DNA of 64,000 nt. Source: Octopus sinensis (Eukaryota). Under the pieces are notes generated by a model, which worked only from the letters and a program-made list of their open reading frames with translations, was not told where the DNA came from and did no database searches. Below are positions 52,222 to 64,000 of the stretch, in pieces; position 1 is the stretch's first letter, and each line of letters begins with the position of its first letter. A program made the translations under genes and the position numbers. The stretch is from NCBI RefSeq assembly GCF_006345805.1, contig NC_042997.1:99696001-99760000 (forward strand), read 5' to 3'.

Positions 52222-53924
52222 GGCAGTGAGCTGGTAGAATCATTAGCACACTGGGCAAAATGCTTATCAATATTTCACCTGTAGCTGCATTCTGAGTTCA
52301 AATTCAGCCAAGGTCAACTTTGCCTTCATCCTTTCAGGGTCAATTACATAAGTACCAGTTATGCACTGGGGTCAATGTAATTGACTTAATCCTTTCCCCC
52401 AAATTTCAGGCCATAGCAAAACGGGTTACTATTATTATTATGTTCTGAGTTCATTTCTTGCTTGAATCAATTTTGCCTGTCATTCCCTCAAGGTCGATAA
52501 AATAAAGTATAATTCAAAGACGGGATGGTAGTATTAATTAATTCCCTCCCCCACAAAACTGCTGGCCTTGTGCCTAAATCTGAAGCCATTATTATTGTTG
52601 TTGTTGTTGTTATTATTGCTGTTTTTGTTTTCAAATCAGCAGGTCTGCTTATATCCGCTACAAGAACAAGTATTTAGCTTGCCAATAATTACCAAAACTT
52701 ATGTAAGATTTGTTTTTAAACAAAAATTCCCCTGCCCTTTTCATACAGTAACAATAATAAGGAGAAATTAAAATGAAAAACCAAAGCAAAAAAAGAAAAA
52801 AAATTATAAAAATTAAAAGAATAAATGAAGTTTTCCATGGAAAACTACTTCTATCTCCCCCAATTAGCAAAACCAACTGACTTTTATATATAGTTACTCT
52901 TCCCTAAATACATACCCCACCCAAAACAACACACACACACAAACTTAAATCCGTAAAGCCATGTGTATATAAAATAGATAGATTTAACAGCTGTAAATAT
53001 TTGCCTTCCTGGAAGAATTTGTTATGCATATCATTCACTTCCTTCCTTAATAGCTTTGTCTTTACATGTTCCTCTCTCTCTCTCTCTCTATCTATCTATC
53101 TACCTATCTGTCTATCTATCAAGTAATCTATCTCTCTATTTACCTACCTATTTCTCTATCTATCTCTATCCTCACTCTCTCTCACTCTTAGCTAATATTG
53201 CAGACGTTACTTAAATTATAAAGTTAACAGGAACAAACACAAACAAAGCAGAAGAAAAACAACAGCAACAACAATGAGAACAGCAGTTAGCAGAATCCAA
53301 AAGAAAAAGAAAAAGAAACTGGAGGCATCCTTAAGAATAAGGTTGAGGGAGTTTACCTGATGATTTAGCTAAGTAATTTTGCTATTCAAAGAAGCTGTTC
53401 ACTTGATCAGGGCTTTTATGCTTTACATGAAAAGATTATGTTCAGAAATAGGTCTGGAAGAAATAATAATAGTAATTCTTACTGATTTTGGCACAAGGCT
53501 AGCAGTTTTGAGGAGAGCGGGTATGTCGATTACCCTAACCCTTGCCCCCTGCTCCAGCATTTGGAATGGTACTTTACTTTATCAACCCTGATAGGATGAA
53601 AGGTAAAAGCGGCCTCAGTGAGATTTGAACTCAGAACATAAGCAGTCGAAAGATATGGTGCTTAGCATTTTGTTTTAACATACTAACAATTCTGCTAGCT
53701 CACAACAACAACAACAACAACAACAATAATAATAATCCTTTCTACTACAGGCACAAGGCCTGAAATTTGGTGGGAGGGGGACTAGTCGACTACATCGACC
53801 TCAGTGTTTCACTGGTACTTATTTTATTGACCCTGAAAGGATGAAAGGCAAAGTCAAACTCAGCAGAATTTGAACCCAGAACAAAGCAGCAGATGAAATA
53901 TTGCTAAGCACTTTGCCCTGTGGA

Positions 53925-54445
53925 TTCTGATCTTAAACTGATTGGAAGTGTAATCATGTACATTGTTTTGACTTGGTATAAAAGATGGGCTACAGCAAAT
54001 ATTCTGCTTAATACCACAGATTTGCTTGTCAGTTGTTTGATCTTAACCAGTTGAGCATGTCCCTTAGTGGCTGACGATATGTGCATCTCTGATCACAAAC
54101 AGAAGTAGTGGGGGAGCATCATAACCATGTGTTGAGAGGGATTCTTTGGGGTTTGAATAATTCACCTTTGGAAACATGGGTGGTTCTTTCAACATCCTTA
54201 AACAATCCTTATTCAGGGACCTTTTGAGCGGGATGGGTTACTTGACCAGAAGAAAATTCTAACTGGGCCCCACCTGCAAGGTCATGTGCTGTTTATCTTG
54301 ATATGAGATCACCATGTTGCGCACATATGGTTGTGATGCATGTACCTAGTGTACCCTTATCAGACGGGTAGTCATGATGGATATACTGGGCTTCGTATAT
54401 TTTACCCCAGTATCACTTTGATGGCATGCACTGCTCTCTCACTCA
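53925..54445 (+). mobile_element. Non-coding ~520-bp retroposon-like segment ending in (AAT)n
   Basis: It is relatively GC/CpG-rich, truncates a SINE-B head and ends ctctctcactc-aataataataat. Confidence 0.45.
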
Positions 54446-54917
54446 ATAATAATAATAACAACAACAATGCCAGCAGTGGCAGCGTCAGCAGTGATGGCAG
54501 AAGTGGTAGCAGCAGCAGAGAGGAGGAGAAAAGCTAGAAGGAGAAAAGTGAAAAGAGGGGTGGAAGAGAACAGATGACAACGATGATGACAACAGAAAAA
54601 CAAGAAAAATAATAACTTCATTTAGAATACATCCCCAAAATCTAAATTATTTTGGTGATGATTCTATTTGATTTGGGCAAGGTGGACTTATTGATAGCAT
54701 GATGATATTGATTCCTCAAGCTTTTATTGTGCCATCAAAGACCAAAACAATATAATGATTTCATTAATAAAACTTTGAATGCATGAGCAAATGAGAGCAG
54801 TACAGAACACTACTGCTTTCATTTGATCAAGAGAAAGGAGGGGTGGGTTGAACTATTAATATATATATATATATATATTTTTATATATATATATATATAT
54901 ATATTATACAAATTATT

Positions 54918-55715
54918 AACAAGACCACTCAAAGAGCGCAAACCTCCACCAAAGCAACACCAATGTCCTCTCAACGAATAGCCAGAGATAATTTTTAAAA
55001 TGAGAATATCTGAAATAAACATGAATGCTCTCACAAATGAGAATACTAAAAATGAACCCGACTGCTCTCAAATGGAAGAATAATCCAAATACATACATAT
55101 TGAGTGAGAGGTGAAGAGAGAGGAGATGAAATATTAATACAGTGAAGGAGAAGTAGTGAGAGTAATAGCCATGGCTGAAAGGAGGTGAGAAAAAGTAATG
55201 ACAATGAGAAACATGAAATGAAGTGGCAAAGAGAGTGTTGTGTGAACAAGAAAGGAAGGGGTGATAGATGAATAACAAAGGAAGGAATGAAAAAGCCAAT
55301 AAATGGCATTTGAAGTGTGAATACATGTGTGTGTAAAAGAGAGGTATATTTGCATGCATGTGCGCGCACACGTGTGTGTGTGTATGTGTGTGTATGTGCG
55401 TGTACAATGGAAATGAGATGGTAATGTTCAACGCTGAAAATGTGTGAGTATATGTATGTATGTGTGTGCATGTACAAAAGAACTCTGTGAAACTTTACAT
55501 GTATATGTAAAATTAAAAAATTGGAAAAATAATCCAGAATCGTTGTCCGGTACCAGATCAATCCCAAAATCTAATGAGGCCATGCCAGTCACAAGGCCAA
55601 ACATCCCTGAAAGTTTCATACAAATCCATCCTGCAGATCTTGAGATAAATTGTCCATGGACAAACAAACACAACTCAAAACAATACCTCTGCCTTTGCTA
55701 AGGTGAAGGTAATAA
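54918..55715 (+). mobile_element. Non-autonomous Helentron/DINE-1-like (HINE) element
   Basis: 5' aacaagaccactcaaagagcgcaaacctccaccaaagc, internal microsatellites, and a 3' stem-loop acctctgcctttgctaaggtgaaggt followed by aataa. Confidence 0.55.
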
Positions 55716-56614
55716 CTAAATAAAATGAATGTAAATATTGTTAGTATAATAGTATTACTTACGTATATGGTATTTATTATTACCATGATCACCGTGACCG
55801 ACCAGGCTATCAGATGTTGCTACACATCGCTGGTCACAATGTGCTTCACATTGTTTTAGTCTTCAAATTACGCCACCCCACTGGCTAAGCAAGCAGGCCA
55901 ACAGAAGAAAGAGTGAGAGAAAGTTGCAGCGAAAGAGTACAGCAGGGATCGCCACCACCCCTTGCTGGGGCCTCGGGGAGCTTTAGGTGTTCTCGCTCAA
56001 TAAACACTCACAACGCCCAGACTGGGAATCGAAACCACGATCCTATGACCGTGAGTCCGCTGCCCTAACCACTGGGCCATTGCGCCTCCACAATATTTAT
56101 TATATTTATATATAATTAAAAATATAATTTTTTTAACTATGGAAATATGGTTTATTTAGTACCATTTATATTTTGTGTATTTATAATGTATTTGTAATAT
56201 GGTTATATTATTTAACTTCAGAGTTGTGAAGGTGCATGTCTTAGTGGTTAGAGTATTTGGTTCACAATTGTAAAGTCACGAGCTTGATTCCTGGCAGCAC
56301 ACTGTGTCCTCAAGCAAAACACTTTATTTCACAATCATTCAGCCCACTCAGCTGGTAAAATTGAATTGTATCTATAATTCAAGGGCCAACCATGTCACTT
56401 TTTGTGTCATACTGAATCTCCTTGAGAACTTACATTAAGAGTTGCGCATGTCTGTGGAGTGCTCAGCCACTTGTATATTAACTTCATGAGCAAGCTGTTT
56501 CATTGATCAAATTAACTGGAACACTCATTGTTGTAATTGATGGAATGCCTGTTTATAAATATGGTGAGGTCTCAATAATTTAAATAAATATGATTATTAA
56601 ATAATAAAGATTCG

Positions 56615-56850
56615 AGCTAGGTCATTGCCAGTACCGCCTGACTGGCCCCCATGCAGGTGGCATGTAAAAATCACCCACTACACTCTCGGAGTGGTTGGCG
56701 TTAGGAATGGCATCCAGCTGTAGAAACTCTGCCAGATCAAGACTGGAGCCTGGTGCAGCCATCTGGTTGCCAGCCCTCAGTCAAAACTGTCCAACCCATG
56801 CTAGCATGGAAAACGAACGTTAAATGATGATGATGATGATGATGATGATG
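56615..56850 (+). mobile_element. SINE-like family D with RTE-type 3' tail and (GAT)n
   Basis: ggaa.ggcatccagctgtagaaac...aacccatgctagcatggaaaac..acgttaaatgatgatgat. Other copies: 2006-2147, 18620-18880(-), 24318-24575, 27830-28010(-), 48335-48690(-). Confidence 0.8.
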
Positions 56851-57773
56851 AATGGAGAAAATACAGGGAAAAGAAAAAGAAATTTATGGAGTTTTCCCAG
56901 GTATAAGAAATTACTAACTCAACTGCATATGGGGAATGAACCAGTAATCTTAGTACCAAAACTGTTAAGTCAACCACTCCCAACTTACAAGAAGCCAGGA
57001 AACAAGTAACCTATTGTACAATGCTTATCAGATATTTGGTATAAAGCCTCCAAATAAAAGTTGTAAATATATTCCAAAGACTGCTCCTGTACCCATCGTA
57101 TTGCAACCACCACATGACAACAACAACTTTCGTTTTTAGTTTCAGAGTCAGTTCTAAATGTTTCCTTCAAAAAATTCAGACTAGATCATAAAAGTTCAGA
57201 TTAGTTTTTGTTTTTTGTTTTCTTTTTGTAAGAGAAGTAACAGAAGTAACAATGATCCCACAGGGTGCTTATAAATTAGTATGTAGCAGCACAAAGGTTG
57301 GCAATGCAAGCAAACAACAGATGTTCAGAGGTTTTTCGTGGCTTGTTTGAGATCAGTGATAAGACAGTCATATTGGGTGACCAAAATAACTTTTAAATTT
57401 CTTAACAACATATTAAGTAACTAAGTAACTTTTTATGGAGAACACTAAAAGAGTGGAGAGGGATATAGTGAAAATAGCAAATATAACATTATTTTTTGGT
57501 TCCTTACATGAATATGTTGTATGTCATTACTTAACCATTTCTACTATCTGACATCACTGTTTCAATTTTTCAATTAGGCCTATTTCACTTCTTGCTATAG
57601 TTAAAAGTACAAACATCATAACTTCTACTTTTCCAGTTCATAAAAGCAGACAACAAAACTCAGGTTTCCTACTGATATAAAAAAGAATCCTTTTTCTCAT
57701 TTCTTAAGCATCTTCATCCATCCCACTTCCTACTATAGGAGCTTGAGCAGCTTCCTTTCACTGTTCTTTATAT

Positions 57774-58742
57774 CAGTGGTTCTCAACTGGACTCCATGTT
57801 GTGGCAGACACCCCCAAGTGAGAAGTGGGCTGTTCCACTACTGATAAAGAGTGGACAGCCACAGAAAGCAGGGTCAGTCAGCGAGGTACACTGTTTGGAC
57901 CAGTCACACAGATGACAAAATAAGTCATCATAATGCGGAACATATCAGTAGCGACAAGGAGTCGAAGTACACGCAGTGACAGATAAGATACAACACAGAT
58001 GGACCATGTAAGAAGACACAACAACTACACACAGTGAAAAGTTTGAAGAAGGATTTGAACTATACACAGTGAAAACTGCACACAGTAAACAATTTGAAGA
58101 AGGCATAGTCAGGTCACTATGCATTAGTAGTGCTACTGGTAAACAACGTAGATTGGTACTACCTGTGGCATTCTGAAGAGAAAAATAATTCTGTGTGGAA
58201 GAAAAAAAAGTAATAAGTCCATGTGAAGGATTTAAGTCAGGTCATAATGTGTTAGTAGCACTACTGGTAAACAATGTAGACTGGTACTACCTGTGGCATT
58301 CTGAAGTGATGTTGTGTGAAAGAAGAAGAAAAAATCTCAAAGGGGGAGGTGTTGTGGCAAACACCTCCAAGTAGTGAGAAGTGGGCTGTTCCACTACTGA
58401 TAAATAGTGGACAGACACAGCAAGCAGGGTCAGTCAGCAAGGTACACTGTTCGGGCCAGTCACACAGACAACGAAATACGTCGTCATAATGCAGGACATA
58501 TCACACCATATAACCCTTGGGGATCCATATAAGATAATTTTGTTAAAATTTATGAGCAAGAAATAGTTACTTCTGAAATACACCAATATTTAGACAATTA
58601 TTTTTAGTACAATTCCGAATAATATTTGATTAGAAAAAATACAATAAAATTTTTTCAAACATAGAACAGATATAAAGGTCCATCCAAGTAAAATAGGAAT
58701 CAAAGGGGTCCATAGGTAAAAAAACACAACTGAGAACCACTA
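57774..58742. mobile_element. hAT/Charlie-like MITE interrupted by a TRIM
   Basis: TIRs CAGTGGTTCTCA...TGAGAACCACTA; imperfect TSD ctttatat/ccctatat; same family as 2488-2762. Confidence 0.8.
57797..58503 (+). mobile_element. Miniature non-coding LTR retrotransposon (TRIM)
   Basis: TG...CA LTRs at 57797-57947 and 58350-58503 (~90% identical), polypurine tract aaagggggagg directly before the 3' LTR, PBS-like gtagcgacaagga, and 5-bp TSD CTCCA/CACCA. Confidence 0.85.
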
Positions 58743-59614
58743 CCCTATATCATCCACACCTGTCTAGCAATACATCTGTTCAGACTGATGAAGAAAGGTA
58801 CTGAGCCTTTACATTCAACAACCACAGTATACATAGAATAAAATTTGGACCCTAGATTTTTAAGGCTCCCAAGCAAATACCCAGTGTATCCACACCTTAA
58901 GACGGTTGTGAATTTACTACAAACCAGATTTACTGTTGTTTAACCCAGATTAGGGCTGATTGAGAAAATTTATCATCAAAGGTGTTCCAGCTTTGACCAT
59001 CCTGTCTTTTTATATATCTATGGCTACATTATCCAATGTGTTCTACTTTTAAAAAAGAAAACAATAGGTTATGATCCGAGAGAGATTTAGCTGCTATTTA
59101 TTATAGAGAGATCACATAGAGGCATCCCTCATTGGCTCACCACACCAAATTTAATTGTTACAGTCTGTTATTAATTTCATTTACTCTATTATTGCTTTTA
59201 CCGTTTTGATATCATCCTACCTCAAACCACCCTTGATTCTATGATACAAATTTGTTTTTAAAGTTATTTAAATTAAAACCTTCCATCAAAATTCTGTGCA
59301 TTAATTTATTTTCTGAGCACAAAATTAATAATGACAAGGTTATTTTACTAAGTTCTTCGTGGTTTCCAAAATTAGTTGAAACACAGCAGTTGAGAAAGAG
59401 ACATATTAAGACAAATGTTGAAACTACCATTTACACATACAACTACCATTTGTAGTTCACGTATTATCAAACAGCACATAAACAAGTGCCAAGAAGGAAA
59501 CCTCTACATGATCACTCAGTCTGCTAGGAATATCAGTCAAATCTCCCTAAAATCACACTTTACTAACTTTAAAAGAAAAAGAGAGAAGAGTACTTTTAAG
59601 TACACCACCACCAC

Positions 59615-59650
<36 letters not shown>

Positions 59651-61789
59651 TTTAATGGCAACAGTGGCATCATCATCATTATCAGCAGCAATGTTTTCAT
59701 AGTGGCAGCATCATTGTCATCATCATCATCATCAAATACTATCTTGTTCTTCCATGCTTCTATGAGCTAAAACCATATGTTTCTATCGCATAGCAGGGGT
59801 ACACCATAAGCACTGAAACAGATTGTGCTGGATAATGTAATAGAGTAATACTTGAGTCACTGAAGAAGCCTGTGTGGTCGCTCAGCTTTTAAGAAATAGC
59901 AGTTAAAAACTCCTTCAAATCATACCATCTTAATAAAAATAAAGGACACGACAAATAATGCAGTCTAAGAGATATATATATATATATATATAAAAATGGT
60001 GAGATGGTCACAATTAGAGTGTCTTTAAATCACAGAACAGCTCAATTAAGGATCAAACAACAACAACAACAACAGTAATAGCAGCAACAAAAAGATGGAG
60101 ATGACAAAAGAAGACGCATCAGTAATGATGACAGCAACAGCAACTATGAGTAAACCTCACAACCCATTTTTTGTAAATTAAATGTCAGAGGTTTACTTCA
60201 CACCTGCTGATAATTACAGTTACATCAATTTGACGCCACATGAAGTTTGTACATATAGATTTCAAATCAATTTCTTTCTTTCTCTCTCCCCCCTCACTCA
60301 CTCACACACACACACAACACACACACACACACAACTTTTCTTCCCTCAAACTGGTGCAGTTTCTTTATTTCCATCCCATGATGTATTGCGTACACTGATC
60401 TGTTCTTGAGCAATTCCCTTAGCATATCAGAATTTTTTCAAAAAAATGATTGCTAGTTCTTCCATGCCTATGGGGACAGCAAAGCACCCCTTTTTCCTTT
60501 TCACAAGACTGGGATGCTCTGCTCCCCTATAACCCTTCCCATAGTTCAATGTAGTCAATTCAGAGACAGAGATGAATTTACTTTGCTGTTGATTGGTATT
60601 TTGTCAATTCCAGAAGGAAGAAGGGCAAAGTTCTTAACTCAGAGCCCAGTGAAACAGGAAAAATAATATTGCAATTGGTCTGTGAATAGCTTAGTGGTTA
60701 GGGTGTTGGACTCAATCGTAAGATTGTGGTTTCAATTCTTGAACCAGATAATGTGTTGTGTTCTTGAGCAACACACTTCACTTCATGTTGCTCCAGTCCA
60801 CTCAGCTGTAGAAATAAGTACCACTAGTGGAGGCATATCACTTAGTGGTTAGAGTATCGGATTCACAATCATAAGATTGTGGTTTCGATCCTTGAACCAG
60901 GCAATCAACTGCAGCCCGGTTTGGAACCCAGCCATAATAAATAATAATTGTTTCACTCAATTTTGAAAATAATGGAGAATTTAGTAAAATAACTTTTGTC
61001 ATTAAGCTGGTGTTTGGAACAAAAATTAAAATGGAATTCTAATAGGTCTTCACTTTGAAACAAGAAGCTTGCATCATAGAACAAGGAATTGTCCCAGGTG
61101 GGTTAGTATCAAAATAATTGTTATTATTGCCTATATTATTGTTTAGCCCCAGGTCTGTCTTGATCAAGTACACTTATAATCAAATGCAGTGTGGGTATGA
61201 CTACATCATTACCCAACATGTTTTTTTTAAAGACAGCATTTTTATCATTCAGGGTGAATTTTGACCACTATTTCTTATTTCTTTACTGCCCACAAGGGGC
61301 TACACAGAGGGGACAAACAAGGACAGACAAACGGATTAAGTCAATTATATCGATCCCAGTGCGTAACTGGTACATATTTAATCAACCCCGAAACGATGAA
61401 AGGCAAAGTCGACCTGGGCGGAATTTGAACTCAGAACGTAGTGGCAGATGAGATACTGTTAAGCATTTTGCCTGGTGTGCTAACGTTTCTGCCAGCTCGC
61501 CGCCTTATTTGACTACTATTTCTAGCAACTCAAGCAGTCATGTAGAAACTCCTTTGTTGGCTCAGCAGTGAAGCCATGTTTATAAACAGTGTAGAAAATG
61601 CAAAATAAACACACACACATAGGGTAGAACAGTGTATATATATAATAATCCTTGTATCTTGTACATATGCTTTCCCTGCCACTGTAGGAAATTAGTAATA
61701 GCATTATGTCTGTATGTAACTGATGAAAGATTCACAGCTGTACACTATTTGCAAGACCCACCACAGTATGCATGTATGAGTGCACATGT

Positions 61790-62015
61790 ATACATACATA
61801 TATATATACACACACACATATATATACACACACATATATATATGTATATGCATATATACATACACACACACACACATATATATATATACACACACATATA
61901 CATATATACACACACACATATATATGTATATGCATATATACATATATATATATACACATATACATACACACACACGTATATGTATATATATATATACATA
62001 TATTTACATACATTT

Positions 62016-62056
<41 letters not shown>

Positions 62057-62074
62057 ACACACACACACATACAT

Positions 62075-62117
<43 letters not shown>

Positions 62118-62150
62118 TGCATATATATATATATATACACACACACATAG
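61790..62150 (+). repeat. Compound (TA)n/(CA)n microsatellite
   Basis: Read directly from the sequence; it is the source of six spurious ORFs. Confidence 0.95.
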
Positions 62151-62799
62151 AGAGACAGTGTGAAAGAAGAAGAGATAGAGAGAAAAAAGAGAGAAGTAGA
62201 GGAAAAGGAATGAAAAAAGAGAGACAGGAAAAGAAATGCTGAGGAAATACATCAAGAAATTTACAAGTTGATTAACCTCCCTCCCTCCCTACCTACCTAC
62301 CTACCTTCCCGGTTACCCGAGTTGTCAAACATGTGTATAAGAAGAACTATTAAATAATCATTATCAGAACCAATTACATAAATGAGACTGGGGGAAAAGA
62401 TGATCTAAGTATGGATTACATTGATAAGAAGGCTGGATTGACAGAACTATTAAAGCAGTGGACAAAATGCCAGCTCCAAAATGCCCCTCAAAAATCCCAC
62501 AAAATCAAACTATATTTGATTTTGTGGGGTTTTTGAGGGGTGGGGGTATGAAATAAAGTAACAGTCAAGTTACTGAGGGTAAATAAAATTGATTTACTTC
62601 CCCTCTGGCCTTGCGCTGATGTTAAGGAACAGTTATTAAACTCATGGTTGTATGGATGGTTAAGAAGTTTGTTTTGTAACCACGTAGTTTTGGGTTCAGT
62701 CCCACTGTATGGCACTTTGGGCGAGTATCATCAAGTGTAGACAGACAGATGGGCAGATGGATGGATGGACAGACAGATAGATGTGTGTGTGTGTGTGTG

Positions 62800-63032
62800 T
62801 GGAGGAGGAGGAAGAAGAAAAGAAAGAGAAGGAAGAGGAGGAGGGGAGAAAGAGAAGGAGGAGGAGGAGGAGAAAGAGAAAGAGGAGGAGAAAGAGAAGA
62901 AGAAGAAGAAGAAGCAGAAGAAGAAGAAGGAGAAGAAGAAGAAGGAGAAAGAAGAAGAAGAAGAAGAAGAAGAAGAAGAAGAAGAAGAAGGAGAAGAAGA
63001 AGAAGGAGAAGAAGAAGAAGAAGAAGAAGAAG
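62800..63032 (+). repeat. Polypurine (GAA/GGA)n tract
   Basis: Read directly from the sequence. Confidence 0.95.
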
Positions 63033-63485
63033 ATGATCATGATACATTCATACACACAAACATACACATATACGTACATACACAGGTAAATACTCCCCCT
63101 GCCATTAACCCTTAACTGTTGTATAAGTAAGGTATTTTTATTCCACTTGTATCCGAAAACACAGAACTAGATGACAGTGAATGTCAACTTGCTGTTTTCA
63201 GCTCAACACTTTCACAGTGAAATCACAGAATGCAAATATTCATACACACACACATCATATAGTAGAGGAAATTAGTATATATGTCTATCTTGTTATTCTC
63301 ATCTTTCTTTTTGCATGTAACTGTTACCTGTTCTACACTGCATCTACAGTGCTGAATCCCTACATTTTATTATGCTACTCCATCTTCCTGTTCCTCATTG
63401 AAGATTCTGTATTTCCAGTCATTCTCTTTCCTTTCTCTCTGGTTCTCTCTATTACTATATCTCTTATCTCTTTCTCATTGCTTTA

Positions 63486-63559
<74 letters not shown>

Positions 63560-63729
63560 TGAGGCACTTTTCTTTTGTTTCATTTTTCTTTCTTTCTTCA
63601 AGTACCAGCTTTAGCAGATTTGATTAACAAATTTTGCCGATGCAAGTGCAGATTGTGGCCACAACAAAAGGTAATTTTTTTCACAAGAAAATGGCTTACA
63701 AATGATGTTTCTATCAACGATGCCAGAGA

Positions 63730-64000
63730 AAAACTTAATTTGCTATGTGCACACATTCTAATCTGATCTATAAATATGATTCACTTCAGTTAAATTGACT
63801 CCATCATATCCTGTAGAACTTCCAGAGCTACTCAGGGAGAAACAGCTTTTCAGCATCATTAAATCCCAAGTAGTTCAGAGACATTGTGGAGCCCTCAACA
63901 AGAAATTACATTCCATGGAAAATAACAAATGCACCAAGCAGTTTCCAAGACCATTTGTCAAGGAGATCCAAATAGGTGAAAATTACTATCCTTCTTACAG
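63730..64000 (+). mobile_element. Helitron Rep-domain fragment
   Basis: AHILI*...IDSIIS..ELP...LFSIIKSQVVQRHCGALNKKLHSMENNKCTKQFPRPFVKEIQIGENYYPSY resembles Rep motifs HAHILIW...HGPCG..CM..KC.K.YP....YPLYRRR. It runs off the window edge. Confidence 0.75.

Noticed and set aside
57958-58349. Short repeated units resembling a CRISPR-like array
   Set aside because: Only two or three degenerate repeats inside a TRIM, with no unique spacers, in eukaryotic DNA.
61632-63115. Many overlapping 80-170 aa ORFs
   Set aside because: They are translations of TA/CA and GAA/GGA microsatellites.
49242-64000. Search for upstream PGS1 exons (QHxK...SG)
   Set aside because: Not found by eye; they probably lie right of the window.

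Overview
This is AT-rich, microsatellite- and transposon-saturated animal genomic DNA. The SINE families and repeat landscape point to an octopod cephalopod (Octopus-like), which is an inference. The whole window appears to lie inside one minus-strand gene, mitochondrial phosphatidylglycerophosphate synthase (PGS1). Three coding exons splice in frame (49060-49241, 15525-15901, 7387-7612) across a 33.2-kb and a 7.9-kb intron; its first and last exons were not found in the window. The introns hold tRNA-derived and RTE-tailed SINEs, RTE and R4/Dong LINE fragments, a Chapaev3 transposase remnant, hAT and TTAA MITEs, Helitron/Helentron pieces and Penelope-like foldbacks. The most striking observations are: (1) a ~335-bp tandem repeat carrying two type I hammerhead ribozymes (retrozyme-like, 6477-7062), about 0.4 kb downstream of a PGS1 splice donor and in the gene's sense; (2) several further unrelated hammerhead motifs in the 33-kb intron; (3) a 707-bp non-coding LTR element (TRIM) nested in a hAT MITE; (4) 16-18% GC islands that keep their CpGs inside a CpG-depleted gene body; (5) an internally deleted Helitron retaining 23-aa STPR-like repeats. 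All alignments, folds and counts were done by eye and need computational confirmation.
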